A DNA stretch of 63,736 nt, counting the filler, from Chiloscyllium plagiosum (taxonomy: Eukaryota), in NCBI RefSeq assembly GCF_004010195.1. It is 3 parts of one record of this genome, joined end to end, with 100 filler letters (N's around TTAATTAATTAA, not from the genome) between each part and the next. Parts side by side here need not be neighbours in the genome. Positions count along the whole stretch, not along the records: positions 20,430 to 46,743 come from NC_057712.1; positions 46,844 to 63,736 come from NC_057712.1; 1 more part is not named here. One strand, 5' to 3'. Shown piece after piece: positions 37,211 to 48,760 of this stretch (positions within the stretch are counted from its first letter, which is position 1; each line of letters begins with the position of its first letter). The position numbers and the translations under genes are program-made. Below the pieces are notes generated by a model. That model worked only from the letters and a program-made list of their open reading frames with translations. It was not told where the DNA came from and searched no databases.

Positions 37211-37269
37211 TTACATTTACAACACTTAAACAAATTCTTTGATTGGTTACAAAGAACCAATTCAGTCAT

Positions 37270-37890
37270 AAACATTTCTAAAGGTGAATTTGCCAAAGCA
37301 AAAGTGACTGGTTGTGCCATACTGTAGAACAAGGTGAAGTAGCATCTAGAGAACTAAAAATAAATGATATCTTGAAATTTTAAGACGAACTGAGAAATCT
37401 TAAAGCACATGGACATGAATGGATTTTATTGGGAGTTTGTTCCGAATTTGAGCACAGTGTTGATCCATTGAGAAGCTTGTTAAAGAGAAATATGCTGTTT
37501 GAATGTGCAGAGGAATGTCAGAGCATGAAAGCTGTACTGATTGAACCCAAGTTTCAACAGCACTAAATTATGCTGAACAACTTAAACTACCTGTCGTTGC
37601 CAGTGATGGTGGTGTCATTACAGGAGATGATGGGGAATGAAGAACCAGTCAGTTATCTTTCACAAAGGTTCAATGTGTGCCAGCAAAAATGTAACAAACT
37701 GTGGAGAAGGAGACTTTGAGTTTGGTGTTGGCTTGACAATATTTTGAGGTCTATGTATTCTGCAGCGATTCTATTTGTGATCCTTTGTCTTTTTAATTGA
37801 GATTTCATACTAAGAATTTAATCAACCCCACAATTTGAAAATGATTCATGAAGGAATAACATCATAGTGACTGATTTACTAAGAGCTAGA
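37270..37890 (+). mobile_element. Decayed gypsy RT/RNase H fragment
   Basis: gaatttgccaaagcaaaagtgac, gccagtgatg and gtggagaaggagactttgagtttgg, homologous to 54090-54550. Confidence 0.65.
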
Positions 37891-38570
37891 ATAGAGGGAA
37901 CCAAATACAAAAATCCATGATACCCCTTATTTTTGCCTCTCTAATGCTACAGAACACACAGGTTTGGAGCTATATTGCCTTTCCCTCACTGTAGCCAAGT
38001 CAAAACTCTGAAGCTTCCCACCTAAGAACACTGTGAATGTACTCAGTCACTATAGGTTGCAGCAGTTCAAGAAGGCAGCTTGCCACCATCTTCTAATGAC
38101 AATGAATGCTGTCCTAGCAAGTGACAGGAATAAGTGAATGATTTAAAAAAAGTTTAATTCTTAACTGTTTCATTGAAGCCACAGGAACTGGTGGGATGTT
38201 CGAGTCTTCATTCCATTTACTCAGAGCAGTAATCTGAAACTCAGTGGTGCCAGATAGTGCTCTGAACGTACAGCCACACCCAAGGTTTTCTTGTGGAACA
38301 CCAGGTAGGAAATGGGAAGAGGATCTTATGGGTTACTCTCTGTGAACCAGTACACAAAGATAGATTATTCTGTCACAGTATCTCAGCATTAGTCATAGAT
38401 TCGTGGCTCTAATATTCTGATTAAGGCTGTTATTATTAGGTCTAATTCTTTACTCTGTTTTACTGAGTCACTGGTTCATAATAATAACTAACTGACTATC
38501 TACACCATGGCTCATAGAAAATGATGACAATTTGGTTTCAATAAGTTTGGGCAATCTTCAACTATTTCTC

Positions 38571-38641
38571 TGAGTTACTAGAGAAATAACTGGGTTACCA
38601 GAGAAATAACTGAGTTACCAGAGAAATAACTGGGTTACCAG
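38571..38641. repeat. 20-bp tandem repeat, 3.5 units
   Basis: tg(a/g)gttac(c/t)agagaaataac units. Confidence 0.9.
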
Positions 38642-40072
38642 CAAAGTATTGAGTTAAGCAGCAGTTAAAATGATAGCTGAGATTTAAAAAATCCTCACAC
38701 TATGAGTGAGACAGCCAGTTTATTCCTTCTTCCCAGAAGAATTGAGGAAGCAGCCTTTCCATTGACATTGGTCCATGCAAAAATGCCATCAACCTCTGAG
38801 GAAATACAATGGTGGAGATATTTCATTCACCATCAGAACATATTCAACCAAAGGTAGTCTTCTTCAAAATTGCCCAATTATATACCTTTTTTCTCCAGCC
38901 AAGATTCTAAGTCTGGTCTGTCTCAACTGCAGCCATCAAAGGGAAACATGCAGAAATTCATTCAGTGCAGGAGTTATGTTGAAAGCCAATACGTGGCTGC
39001 TTTTAATGACACTTGCAGCTCCTTTTTCAGAAGTGAGAGGTCCCAAAGCCACTTTGACAGTGACTGAGGAAGTATAAGTGTGCAGGATAAGTGGGGAGGC
39101 AATAGCCTAGTATCTGTTATTATCACTGATTATTAATCTAGAGACAGGTGGGTATTGGATCCAAAGGGTCAGGTTGAGGGAAAGGCTGTCAGATTTGGCA
39201 GGGTGGCATTGCTTTACTGGGACAATGTGTTGGAGCCAAGTGGATGTCGAAGACTGGGGATGTTGTGATGGAGGGGGTGTCAGTGGTGAACTGAAGTTTG
39301 AGTTTTATGTTTAGCCAGGAGTTAGAGTAGGTTTTCAATCTTAGGTGGGTCAGAACCTGCCAAATTCTCTGACATCTTAAGGATCGGTGGCAATCAGAAT
39401 TTAACCTGAATAAATGTAAATAAATTGGGCCGGAGAAATCAGGTGAGGGAATACATGATGGATGGTAGGACCCTGGCAAACACTGAGAATCAGAGGGACC
39501 GTGTTGTGAAGGTAGCAGAACAAGTAGATAAAGGGGCTAAGAAGGCAAATGGGAAAATTACCTTTATTAGCCGAGGTATAGGTTGTAAGAGCAGGGAGGT
39601 TATTCTGGAAATGTATAAACAGTTGGTTAGGCCACAGCTAGAGTGGGCAGTTCTGGACTCCACATTATATGAGGGAAATGGTTGTGCTGGAGAGGGTGCA
39701 GAGGAGATTTACCAGGATGTTGCCCGGGCTGGAGAATTTTAATTATGAATAGTGACTGAATAGACTGGAGTTGTTTTCCTTGGAACAGAGGAGATTTGGG
39801 GGGACATAATTGAGATGTATAAAATTATAAGGGGCATTTACACAGCAAACAGAAATAAACATTTCCTCTTGGTGGAGAGATCAATGACCGGGGGCATAGA
39901 TTTCAGGTAAGGGGCAGGAAGTTTAGAAGGGACGTGGAAAAGAAATTCAAGCAGAAGATGTTAGGAATGTGAAACTCACTGCCTGTAAGGATGATAGAGA
40001 TAAAAACTCTCATAACATTTAAAAGGTAGTTTAGATGTGCACTTGTGATGCCCAAGGCATACAAGACTCAGG

Positions 40073-40281
40073 GCTGAAAAATGTGTTGCTGGAAAAGCGC
40101 AGCAGGTCAGGCAGCATCCAAGGAGCAGGAGAATCGACGTTTCGGGCATAAGCCCTTCTTCAGGCTTATGCCCGAAACGTCGATTCTCCTGCTCCTTGGA
40201 TGCTGCCTGACCTGCTGCGCTTTTCCAACAACACATTTTTCAGCTCTGATCTCCAGCATCTGCAGTCCTCACTTTCTCCAA
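40073..40281. mobile_element. PLE-derived palindromic insertion in a CR1 3' region
   Basis: Near-perfect ~80-bp inverted arms. TSD ACAAGACTCAGG at 40061-40072 and 40282-40293. Confidence 0.88.
40136..40163 (-). ncRNA. Minimal hammerhead ribozyme-like core
   Basis: The minus strand reads CTGAAGA-A-GGGC-TTAT-GCCC-GAAAC-GTC. Confidence 0.55.
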
Positions 40282-40769
40282 ACAAGACTCAGGACCAAGC
40301 GCTGGAAAATGGGATTAGAACAGTTAGGTGCTTGTTTTTGACTGGTACAGACTTGGTGAACAAAAGGGCCTTATTCAATGCTGTAGACCTCCATGACTCT
40401 CTGACCAGAGGGCATAATCTCAGAATTGTCCATTTCAGACAGGGGCGAGGAGGAATTCTTCTCTTAGAGTGTAATGAATCTGTGAAATTCTTTACAGCAG
40501 AGGCTGTCGAAGCTGGATCATTAAGTACATTCAAGGCTGAGACAGATTTTTAATCAGCAAAGTAACTAAGGGTTATGGGAAAAAGCAAAAGAGAGGAGTT
40601 GAGGATTGTCAGATCAACCGTGATCTCATTGAATGGCAGAGCAGAGTGGATGGACCGAACAGCCCATTCTATTCCTCCATCTTTTGGTCTTGTAGCAATG
40701 TTCTGTATCCTGGTCTTTGTAGTGAACTTGCCTATTTGCAGGTAAACCTGCACAGGTAACCTTCAATTA

Positions 40770-41245
40770 CATCTGACATTTCTTTGTTCACCTTTTGCTC
40801 TAAAGTTGTTGATCCATAGAATTTGGTATGTTTTGTGCCCATTTGCTTTAATTATCTTGTTCAAATCTTTGAGAGTGAGGCATGTTTTAGCAACTAGTAG
40901 AGCCTGCAGAACAGTCAGGGAGCACAGCAGTGAGAATGAAAGTGATTCAGAGATTGACAACCGAAGGAAATCCATCATTTTATGCATCACTATATTGAGC
41001 AGTTTTATATTGTTGTGTCTGACCTTCATGATGAGCTTTGTAACTACAAGACTGACAAACATCATTTACTATCAATGATACTGCAGAACCCCTTCAAACA
41101 TTGGTACTTAAACCAGAATTGTGAATGAAGCATTTGAATTCCTGTACATACAAACACTTATGTTAATGTAGCTACCCAGAGGAAATTTGGTGAAGAATTG
41201 AAAGAAGTGCTAAAATCTCCCAGGACATTAGTTGATTTATTTTAA
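40770..41245 (+). pseudogene. GPR139-like GPCR 3' fragment (TM5-TM7), pseudogene
   Basis: PFALIILFKSLRVRHVLATSRACR...DSEIDNRRKSIILCITILSSFILL, followed by stops/frameshifts and ATQRKFGEELKEVLKSP. Colinear paralogue of 48290-48760. Confidence 0.8.
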
Positions 41246-42844
41246 AAAGAAACAAACCAACCTAATGCTCACTGTGGAAAATTAGAAATAGGTTTTAGCT
41301 CCCATTTTTGAAGTTTGTTGTTTCTTTGTGGCAAAAGCAAAAATACCTGAGGTGCTGGACATCTGAAGGCAGAAAATTCAGGAGAATTGAAGCAGGTCTG
41401 GTAGCATCAGAGAAAGAGAAATGGGGTTAACTTTTCAAGTCTGATATGACTCATCTTCAGAACTGAAAGGGGATGAAACATTGTGGTTTTTATGCCATTG
41501 ACAAAGGGGGAGGAGGAACGAGGAGAACAGACAGTGAGGGTGTCCAGAGCAAAGGACAATTGGACTGTGAGTGGTAGTAAATGGTAATGCTTTCTTTGTC
41601 ATTCTATTATAAATAGTTGTGGGAGATAATGGAAGTGATGGTATTATAGATTTGCTCTCTCCTCTAATCCTGTTGAAACATTGACTGGAATATGGAAGAC
41701 ACAATGGCCTCAGTTTGACATGTGCTTGAATTGATGGAGATGATTGAGAGGAACATTATCTGATTAAGGCAGTTGAAGAGAAAGCATTTTATAGGACCTG
41801 TCTTGAGTTTACTTGATGGCTTGGAAGTATTTGACTTTAGAATCAATTTTTCATTTGTGTAAGAATTTCTTTCTCAAATACTTTTTTTCAGTTTGAAATA
41901 GGGTTCAACAGGGTTCAGTGCTCAGACTACTTCCATTTTTGATTTATATATTAGCAACTCAATCCTGGGGATGCAAGAGATCAGTTTGCAATTTGAAGTT
42001 CGCACAATATTCGACCGTATAATAGACAGTGAGATGATTGTTGTAGGAAACAAGATGAAATAGACAGGCTTTTGGAATGGCAAATGATATTTAATGCTGG
42101 AGAAAGTGACACATTCTGGTAGAAAAACAAATAAGTATTGCACATTCACTATGCTACAACTTTAAAGGAGGTAAAAGAACAGATAAATCTTGGACTGTTG
42201 GTGCATGAACCATTTAAGGTGTCAGGACAAATTAGCAATGTTGCTAATATGGAACATGGAATTGTTGGTGTTATATATAGAGGTACAGAATGCAAAATAA
42301 CAGGGTGTTACACTATACCTTTATAAAATGGTATCTGGGTCTCTGCTGGAGTACCATCTCCAATTCTAGGGAACACATTTTAGGATGGACATGACAGTGT
42401 GGCAGAGGGTGCAGTCACGATTGTGTAGTTATGGCCTGGCAATGGCAAGAAAAACTATTTTAAGCTTTCTATTTTTATTCAAAAAGAAGCTTGGGAATAC
42501 TGTTTTGAAATAGCAATAAATTCTAAATTCTAAGTCTAAATCTAAGTAGCTGCAGGCCCAGACAGAATTTTGAATTACAAACTGAGTTTCCATTTCAGAG
42601 AGGACAAAAGGCAATCTTTAGTTTAGCTGCGTTTCACTGTGTTCTTATCCAGTAGATAACCATGCTGCATTGATGGTTTGTTGTAAGACTGTAACTTAGG
42701 CATTGTCCAGAACAACAATTAAGAATCACAGGTTGGAGAAGGGCTGCTTCTGAAGTGGCAATGCCTTAAAGAGGATCTAACCTAACGTTTTCATAGGTTG
42801 CTCGGTAACAATGACCATCGTATCTTTCTTGCTGAGAATTATAC

Positions 42845-43413
42845 AACATGTTACGGCTGTACAGGATATTGGTTAGGCCACCTTTGGAATATTGTGTGCA
42901 ATTCTGGTCTTCCTCCTATTGGAAGGATGTTGTGAAACTTGAAAGGATTCAGAAAAGATTTACAAGGATGATGCCAGGGTTGGAGGGTTTGGCCGATAGG
43001 GAGAGATTGAATAGGCCGGGGGCTGTTTTCCCTGAAGCATCGAAGGCTAATGAGTGATCTTATAGAGGTTTATAAAACCATGAGGGGCATGGATAGGGTA
43101 AAGAGACAAGATCTTTTCCCTGGGGTGGGGATGTCCAGAACTGGAGGGCATAAGTTTAGGGTGAGGGGGGAAAGATTTAAAAGAGACCTAAGGGACAAAG
43201 TTTTCATGCAGAGGGTGGTGTGTTTATGGAATGAGCTGCCAGAGGAAATGGAGGCTGGTACAATTACAACATTTAAAAGGCATCTGGATGGGTATATGAA
43301 TAGGAAAGGTTTAGAGGGATATGCTGGCAAATGAGACTACATTAATTTAGGCTATCTGGTCAGCATGGATGAGCTAGACTGAAGGGTCTGTTTCTGTTTC
43401 TATGACTCTATGA
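42845..43413 (+). mobile_element. CR1 (HER1-like) 3' part
   Basis: LYRILVRPPLEYCVQFWS and DLIEVYK motifs. Tail ctatgactctatgac. Confidence 0.88.
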
Positions 43414-43717
43414 CAACAATGAAGCTGCCTAGTTAAGGAGAGATTCCACCTTGAGCCATCTGGAATAATCTTCTCTCCAGAGCGGGAGAGAAAGATAAAT
43501 CTATAAGCAGCTAATAGTTGGCTGTGTGCTGAGCAGGAAGGCAGGAATCTTATCTCTCTCTTCCGAAAGCTGCCACCTGGCTGGGTCCACCTATGGATGA
43601 AAACTCCAAATATTGTTTGGAGCTGTTTGAATTCTGATGACGAATTCATAATCCTTTCATTTTGAAGGCCTGCAATGGTAATGAATTGAGCTGACATTGG
43701 CCTTTGTAGTTGTCTTT

Positions 43718-44008
43718 TCATAGAATCCTACAGGGCAGAAATACCCCATCGAGTCCTCACTGACCCTCTGAAGACCATCCCACCAGACCTGGCCCCTACC
43801 CTATATTTCCTGTCGCTAATCCACTTATCCTGCATGTCCATGGCAATTAAACACAGCCAATCCACCTGACCTGCATATTTGTGTGGGAGGAAACTGGATT
43901 ATCCACAGGGAATCCACACAGATATGGGGAGAATGTGCAAACTCTACACAACCAGGCACCTGACGGTGTGAGGCAACAGTGCTATCCACTGAGCCACCAT
44001 GCCACCAT
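43718..44008 (-). mobile_element. HE1-like V-SINE, decayed
   Basis: gagaatgtgcaaactctacac...gtgaggcaacagtgctatccactgagccacc. Confidence 0.75.
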
Positions 44009-45574
44009 GTTTTTATTTCTATCCACTATCCCATCTGTATTTTATCTAAAACCAGCCATTTAGAAAAGAAAACCCATTTTTCTAATCAATGGGGAAGTTA
44101 TTACACACCTCTGGTGTAGGTGGAACTTGAACTTGAGCCTCCCAGTCCAGGGATAGGGACATTATCACCGCACAATAAGAGGGCCCCTTTTTATTATTTC
44201 GAAATTTTATGAAAAAGTTGTGTAATGAATTAACCTTTCATTTAAAATTTGTTGGAAAACTAAAATCTTGCTGCTGGTTCTTTTAAAATTGGAACATTCA
44301 AGCAAGCTAGGGTGGGAAGAAATGAGTTCCTTTTAAAAATCACTTATGAGATGTGGGCTTCACTGGCTTGGTCAACATTTACCGACCATCCTTCATTACC
44401 CTGGAGAAGGTGGTGGTGAGCTGTCTTCTTGAACGGCTGCAGTCCATGGCATGTGGGGACATCCACAATGCTATTAGGAAGGGAATCTGAGATTTTGATG
44501 TAATAACAGTAAAGGAAAGGTGTTGCAGTTCCAACGTACAAAGGTATGTATCTTGGAGCTGGTGGTGCTGGTGGTGTTGGTGTTCCCATATTTGGGCTTC
44601 ACTGAATGAAAGGGTGAGGACAGAACATAAGTGCCACTTTCTAAATTCTATATATCAGAAGATTTTTGTTGATAGCATTTCATTCTATGTAATTATCAAT
44701 ATCACACAGTTTGAGTCAGTGTTAATATTGGAGCCATGATCTAGGAAATACAAGAATGATTAGTAACCGACAAGAGTATAAAGAATGTGAACAAGTATAT
44801 CATGAGTTAGCCACAGAAGCAATTGATTGAGTGGCAAATCAACAAAGCAAATTGTTACCTCATTGAACAAATAGTTGGAACTAGGAAAACGTTAGCATAG
44901 ATTAACAGGTCAATTACAGTAACTTATGAGAGGTACAAACAGCTGAAAATGTCATATAGTAAATGTGTTTTATCAACGCAATAGTTAGTTGCTCTTTTTA
45001 TTTTTCAAATTGATGAATTCAGTTTAATCTGAAAGCCTATGAGTAGGCTCTGTTGAGACATAAGGAGGGATTTTTATATTCATCCACCCATCAAACCTCC
45101 AAGGAATCAATCAGCTTATAACATTAGCAACATTCATTTAACAAATAGGCTCAATTAAAGTGTTTTCTTTCCCTTATTTTAAATTAAGAGAAATGTTTTG
45201 AAATTCTTATTTCACAATTTTATCTACAATGAAATAATTCTGTTCCAGTGGAGATTGGAAGCTAAGGGTATTGTTCCTGTGTCTATTCAGAAAGCACAGT
45301 TGGGGACAGCTCCCCTTGCAGATATCACCCTGACCCTGTCCTTGACTCATTCCTATTTCCTACTACCCCAACCCCAAACGCCTGGTGATGACCCTGGAAT
45401 TTCAGTACAGCAGCTCAATGTATTCCACTAATACTTGTAATTGCACTATAAGCACTAGTACATTTCTATTCCGCTATTCAATCCCAGAAAGAGATCCCGG
45501 TTATCACAATGACCAGGTATATCCGTGGCGTGGTCACTGATCTATGACAACTCTGGCATCAATCAACAGCATCC

Positions 45575-46550
45575 AAAACTGCACTGGTATGTCCTGTGTA
45601 CAAAAGGCAGGACAAGTCCAATCCAGTCAATTATCATCCTATCAGTCTTCTCTTGATTACTAGCAAAATTGTGGGAGTTGTCTTTGGCAGTACTGCAGGA
45701 TTAAGCGGCTCACTGACATTCATTTTGGATTCCAACAGGGTCACTCAGCCCCTGACCTTATTATAGGCGTGGTTTAAACGTGGAGAAAAGAGTTGAATTC
45801 CAGAGGTCAGATGAGAGTGACTGCCTTTGACAACAAGACTACATTTAACTGGGTGTGGCATCAAGAGCCCAGCAAAATTCACGTCAATAGAAATGGGGTG
45901 GATCTCTCTGCTGGAAGATGGTTGTAGTTGTTTCAGGTCAGTCATCTTGCTCCAGGAGTTCCTCAGGGTAGGGCTTAAAAATGTGTTGCTGGAAAAGCGC
46001 AGCAACACAAGAGCGCAGCACAAGAGAATCGATGTTTTGGGCATTCCTGAAGAAGGTTCCTGATGAAGGTTCCAGCAACACATTTTTAAGCTCTGATCTC
46101 CAGCATCTGCAGTCCTCACTTTCTCCTAGTTCCTCAGGTAGGCCCAACCATCTTCAGTTGCTTCATCAATGACCTTCCCTCCATCATGAGGTCAGAAATA
46201 GGGATGTTCATCAATGACTGCACAATGTTCAACACTATTCATGAGTTATTTTTATATTCACTCACCGAATGCAGGCATCATTGACTAGCCAGCATTGATT
46301 GCCCATCCCTATTTAGCCACTGGAAAATTGAGAGTTAACCTTATTGTTGTAGGCCTGGAGTCAGATGTAGACTGGACCAGGTAAGGACAGTAGTTTCCTT
46401 CCCTCGACACGAAAGTTCTCAGATACTGAAGCAGTCCATGTCCAAAAGAAGGAAGACATGAACCATATCCAGGCGTGACTGATAAGTACCAAATAACATT
46501 GGCACTGGATGAGTGGCAGGCAATCCACAACTCCAACAGGAGAAAATCTC
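45575..46550 (+). mobile_element. CR1/L2-group LINE RT fragment, interrupted by PLE and SINE pieces
   Basis: Colinear with 30790-31630 (agagttgaattccagagg, ggcccaaccatcttcag). Confidence 0.75.
45972..46127. mobile_element. PLE-derived insertion with inverted ends, inside a LINE RT region
   Basis: gcttaaaaatgtgttgctggaa / ttccagcaacacatttttaagc inverted. AGTTCCTCAGG is duplicated at 45957-45967 and 46128-46138. Confidence 0.82.
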
Positions 46551-47690
46551 GACAATAGACAATAGGTGCACGAGTAGGCCATTCTGCCCTTTGAGCCTGC
46601 ACCACCATTCAGTATGATCATGGCTGATCATCCTTAATCAGTATCCTGTTCCTGCCTTATCTCCATAACCCTTGATTCCACAATCCTTGAGAGCTCTATC
46701 CAACTCTTTCTTAAATGAATCCAGAGACTGGGCCTCCACTGCCNNNNNNNNNNNNNNNNNNNNNNNNNNNNNNNNNNNNNNNNNNNNTTAATTAATTAAN
46801 NNNNNNNNNNNNNNNNNNNNNNNNNNNNNNNNNNNNNNNNNNNCCCTCTCCCCCGTGAGAACATTCCGCACCCTCTCTGAGACATTCTTGATCCTGGCAC
46901 CAGGGAAACAACATACCATTCTGCTTTTTCTCTGCTGGCCACAGAAACGTCTGCCTGTACCTCTGACTACAGAATCCCCTAACACAATTGATCTCTTGGA
47001 AGCCGAAGTACCCTCCTTGCATTAGAGCCAATCTCAATACCAGAAACTTGGCTTTCATGCTACAATCCCCTGAGAATCCAACACCCCCGACATTTTCCAA
47101 AACAGAATACCTGTTTGAAATGGGTATATCCACAAAAGACTCCAGCACTAGCTGTCTACTTCTCTTACCTTTCCTGGAGTTAACCCATTTATGTGACTGT
47201 ATCTGATAATTTCCCCCCTTCATATAACTGCCATCCATCACATACTGTTGCAATTGCAAATTCCTCATCGCTTCTATCTGTCTCTCCAACTGATTCACTC
47301 AATCTGATAAGATTCGCATCCAACAGCATTTATGGCAGATATAATCCGCAGTAACCCTTAAACTCTCTTTAAACTCCCACATCTGTCAAGAAGTACGTAT
47401 CACTGCAAAGGCCATTTTTGCTCCTTCACAATCTACAGACCCAGAAAATAACACCGTCTTATTCCTCTACAAACACTGCCCAGGTTAAATTAATAGCTAT
47501 GGCATATATTTTAAGTTTAATCAAGAGATTTATCTCCAAAAACACATAATCAAGAAAGAATCCACTATACTCACTACTGCAGCCTTTCTCTTGGACAGAC
47601 TTAAAACAACAATTAACTTATCTGATTCTGTGCTGTGAACCTTTCCCAACAGTTCCTCCAAGATTAGTTGTGATTTAGTGTTTGTTAATT
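46551..47690 (-). mobile_element. CR1 LINE 3' end (46551-46743) and 5'UTR/ORF1 with esterase domain (46844-47690), either side of a linker gap
   Basis: The 3' end matches 130-342. ORF1 shows LGDSVVRG...CCFPGARI (SGNH esterase-like), and the 5'UTR resembles 10100-10480. Confidence 0.82.
46744..46843. other. Artificial scaffold linker (44 N + TTAATTAATTAA + 44 N)
   Basis: Identical structure to 20330-20429. Confidence 0.92.
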
Positions 47691-47868
47691 TTCCCAGATT
47701 ATTGTACTCAAAATTCCTTGTCTGATGTTTCTTTGTATTACACACTGTGCACAACACAGCTGTAATCAGGATAATCTGGATACCACTCGCCTCCATGTTG
47801 AACTGCTCCAAACTCAAAGGCTAACATTAACCAGGCTGCTTACATTCTTTTCTCCTTCTTCCTTACAG

Positions 47869-48760
47869 CAACCCTAATGACGATTGAGATTCTCTGCCAA
47901 AGAAATTGCAGCCTTTCTGAATGTATCTCTACATACATGATTGCTATGGCAGCAGGAGATCTACTGGACATTATTATCAATGTAATAATATATTATGTTT
48001 TCAGTTATCACTTCCCACATTCATTCCGGTTTCACAGTCCTGTGTACAAGTTCATCATATACATGACGGGTATCACCTTTGAATTATCTGTTTGGTTCAC
48101 TATCACTTTCACCTTTAACCTCTTTATAATTATCTGCTGCTCAAAGTTTAAAAGGATATATGCCACCAAGAGACCTACGGCCATGGTTATGATGATATTT
48201 TCTATGATGAGCTTTTTAAAGAACATTCCTGTATTATTTGCATATGAACCTGAAGTAATAATTAACAACTTCCAGTGGGGCTGCATTGCAAATCTGGTCT
48301 ATTTTTCCTCACCCTTTGGTGTGGCATGCTTTTGGTTTCACAGTGTCTGGTGTATTTGGTTCACATTTACTTTAATTATCTTGTTCAATTCTTTGAAAGT
48401 GAAAGATATTTTAGTGACCAATAGAGCCTGAAGAACCCTCCAGGGCCACAACAGTAAGAATCAGAGAGATTCAGAGATGGAGAACCAAAGGAAATCCATC
48501 ATTTTACTCTTCACTATATCAGGGAGTTTTATATTGTGGTGTCTGACAGCCAATGTGAGCTTTGTAATTACAAGAATGACAAACACAACTTACTATCGAG
48601 GAGATCATGCATCCCCTGTACATCCCGCCACTAAACTGGAGGCATGCTGAAGCATTTAAGTTTTTGCGCTAGTACATGCATCCATGCAGCTACCCAGAGG
48701 AAATTCAGGGAAGAAGTAAAGAAGATGCTAAAATATCCCTGGGCAGTGATTGTATGATTT
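47869..48760 (+). pseudogene. GPR139-like class A GPCR, main coding exon, pseudogene
   Basis: Acceptor tcttttctccttcttccttacag at 47868, then LMTIEILCQRNCSLSECISTYMIAMAAGDLL with multiple hydrophobic TM segments. In-frame TGA at 48429 with homology continuing (DSEMENQRKSIILLFTISGSFIL). A frameshift near 48633 precedes the CIHAATQRKFREEVK end. The expected DRF motif reads NLF. Confidence 0.8.

Larger units (their letters stand above)
39380..40690 (+). mobile_element. Two tandem decayed CR1 3' fragments (~39380-40400 and ~40400-40690)
   Basis: YKQLVRPQLE motif, and two successive 3'UTR/tail regions. Confidence 0.75.
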
